Shown here in pieces: positions 32,000-32,000 of a stretch of 32,000 bases of DNA. The position numbers and the translations under genes are program-made. Every line of letters begins with the position of its first letter. The first letter of the stretch is position 1. The notes below the pieces were generated by a model that had not been told where the DNA came from, ran no database searches, and was given only the letters and a program-made list of their open reading frames with translations. Origin of the DNA: Pseudidiomarina andamanensis (GTDB lineage: Bacteria; Pseudomonadota; Gammaproteobacteria; Enterobacterales; Alteromonadaceae); NCBI RefSeq assembly GCF_009734345.1, contig NZ_CP032551.1, forward strand, positions 2,220,001 through 2,252,000, written 5' to 3'.

Positions 32000-32000
32000 T

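Overview
This window is ordinary core genome from a non-enteric gammaproteobacterium with roughly 50% GC by eye. It carries a DciA-type helicase-loader gene and no secM. From memory, the block order matches Pseudomonas and Alteromonadales-like genomes, but I cannot resolve the taxon further by eye. I found no transposase, integrase, phage gene, CRISPR array, tRNA, rRNA or recognisable defence or toxin module, and no evidence of a novel multi-gene system.

Gene content, left to right:
- 3' end of petC (cytochrome c1), then sspA and sspB.
- Minus-strand dolP-diaA-yraN-lpoA, divergent from rsmI.
- RNase P RNA (rnpB).
- A minus-strand CHASE-GGDEF-EAL c-di-GMP gene.
- The complete dcw cluster: mraZ-rsmH-ftsL-ftsI-murE-murF-mraY-murD-ftsW-murG-murC-ddl-ftsQ-ftsA-ftsZ, followed by lpxC.
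- Minus-strand dciA (DUF721), an M23 peptidase, secA, mutT, and a convergent partial zapD.

Nearly all dcw junctions overlap or lie within 3 nt of each other (TAATG and ATGA types). The only real internal spacer is 64 bp between ftsA and ftsZ. I trimmed several ORF-track starts to homology- and SD-supported start codons.

Observations worth a second look, all small-scale:
1. A symmetric heptamer-array inverted repeat fills the lpxC/dciA convergent spacer from stop codon to stop codon.
2. The c-di-GMP gene sits between rnpB and the mraZ promoter/operator. Its last codons and stop codon lie inside the conserved 3' end of rnpB.
3. A Pmra-like promoter is followed by three 10-bp-phased TGGGN boxes.
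4. A palindrome in the 41-bp dciA/M23 divergent spacer carries TATAAT on both strands.
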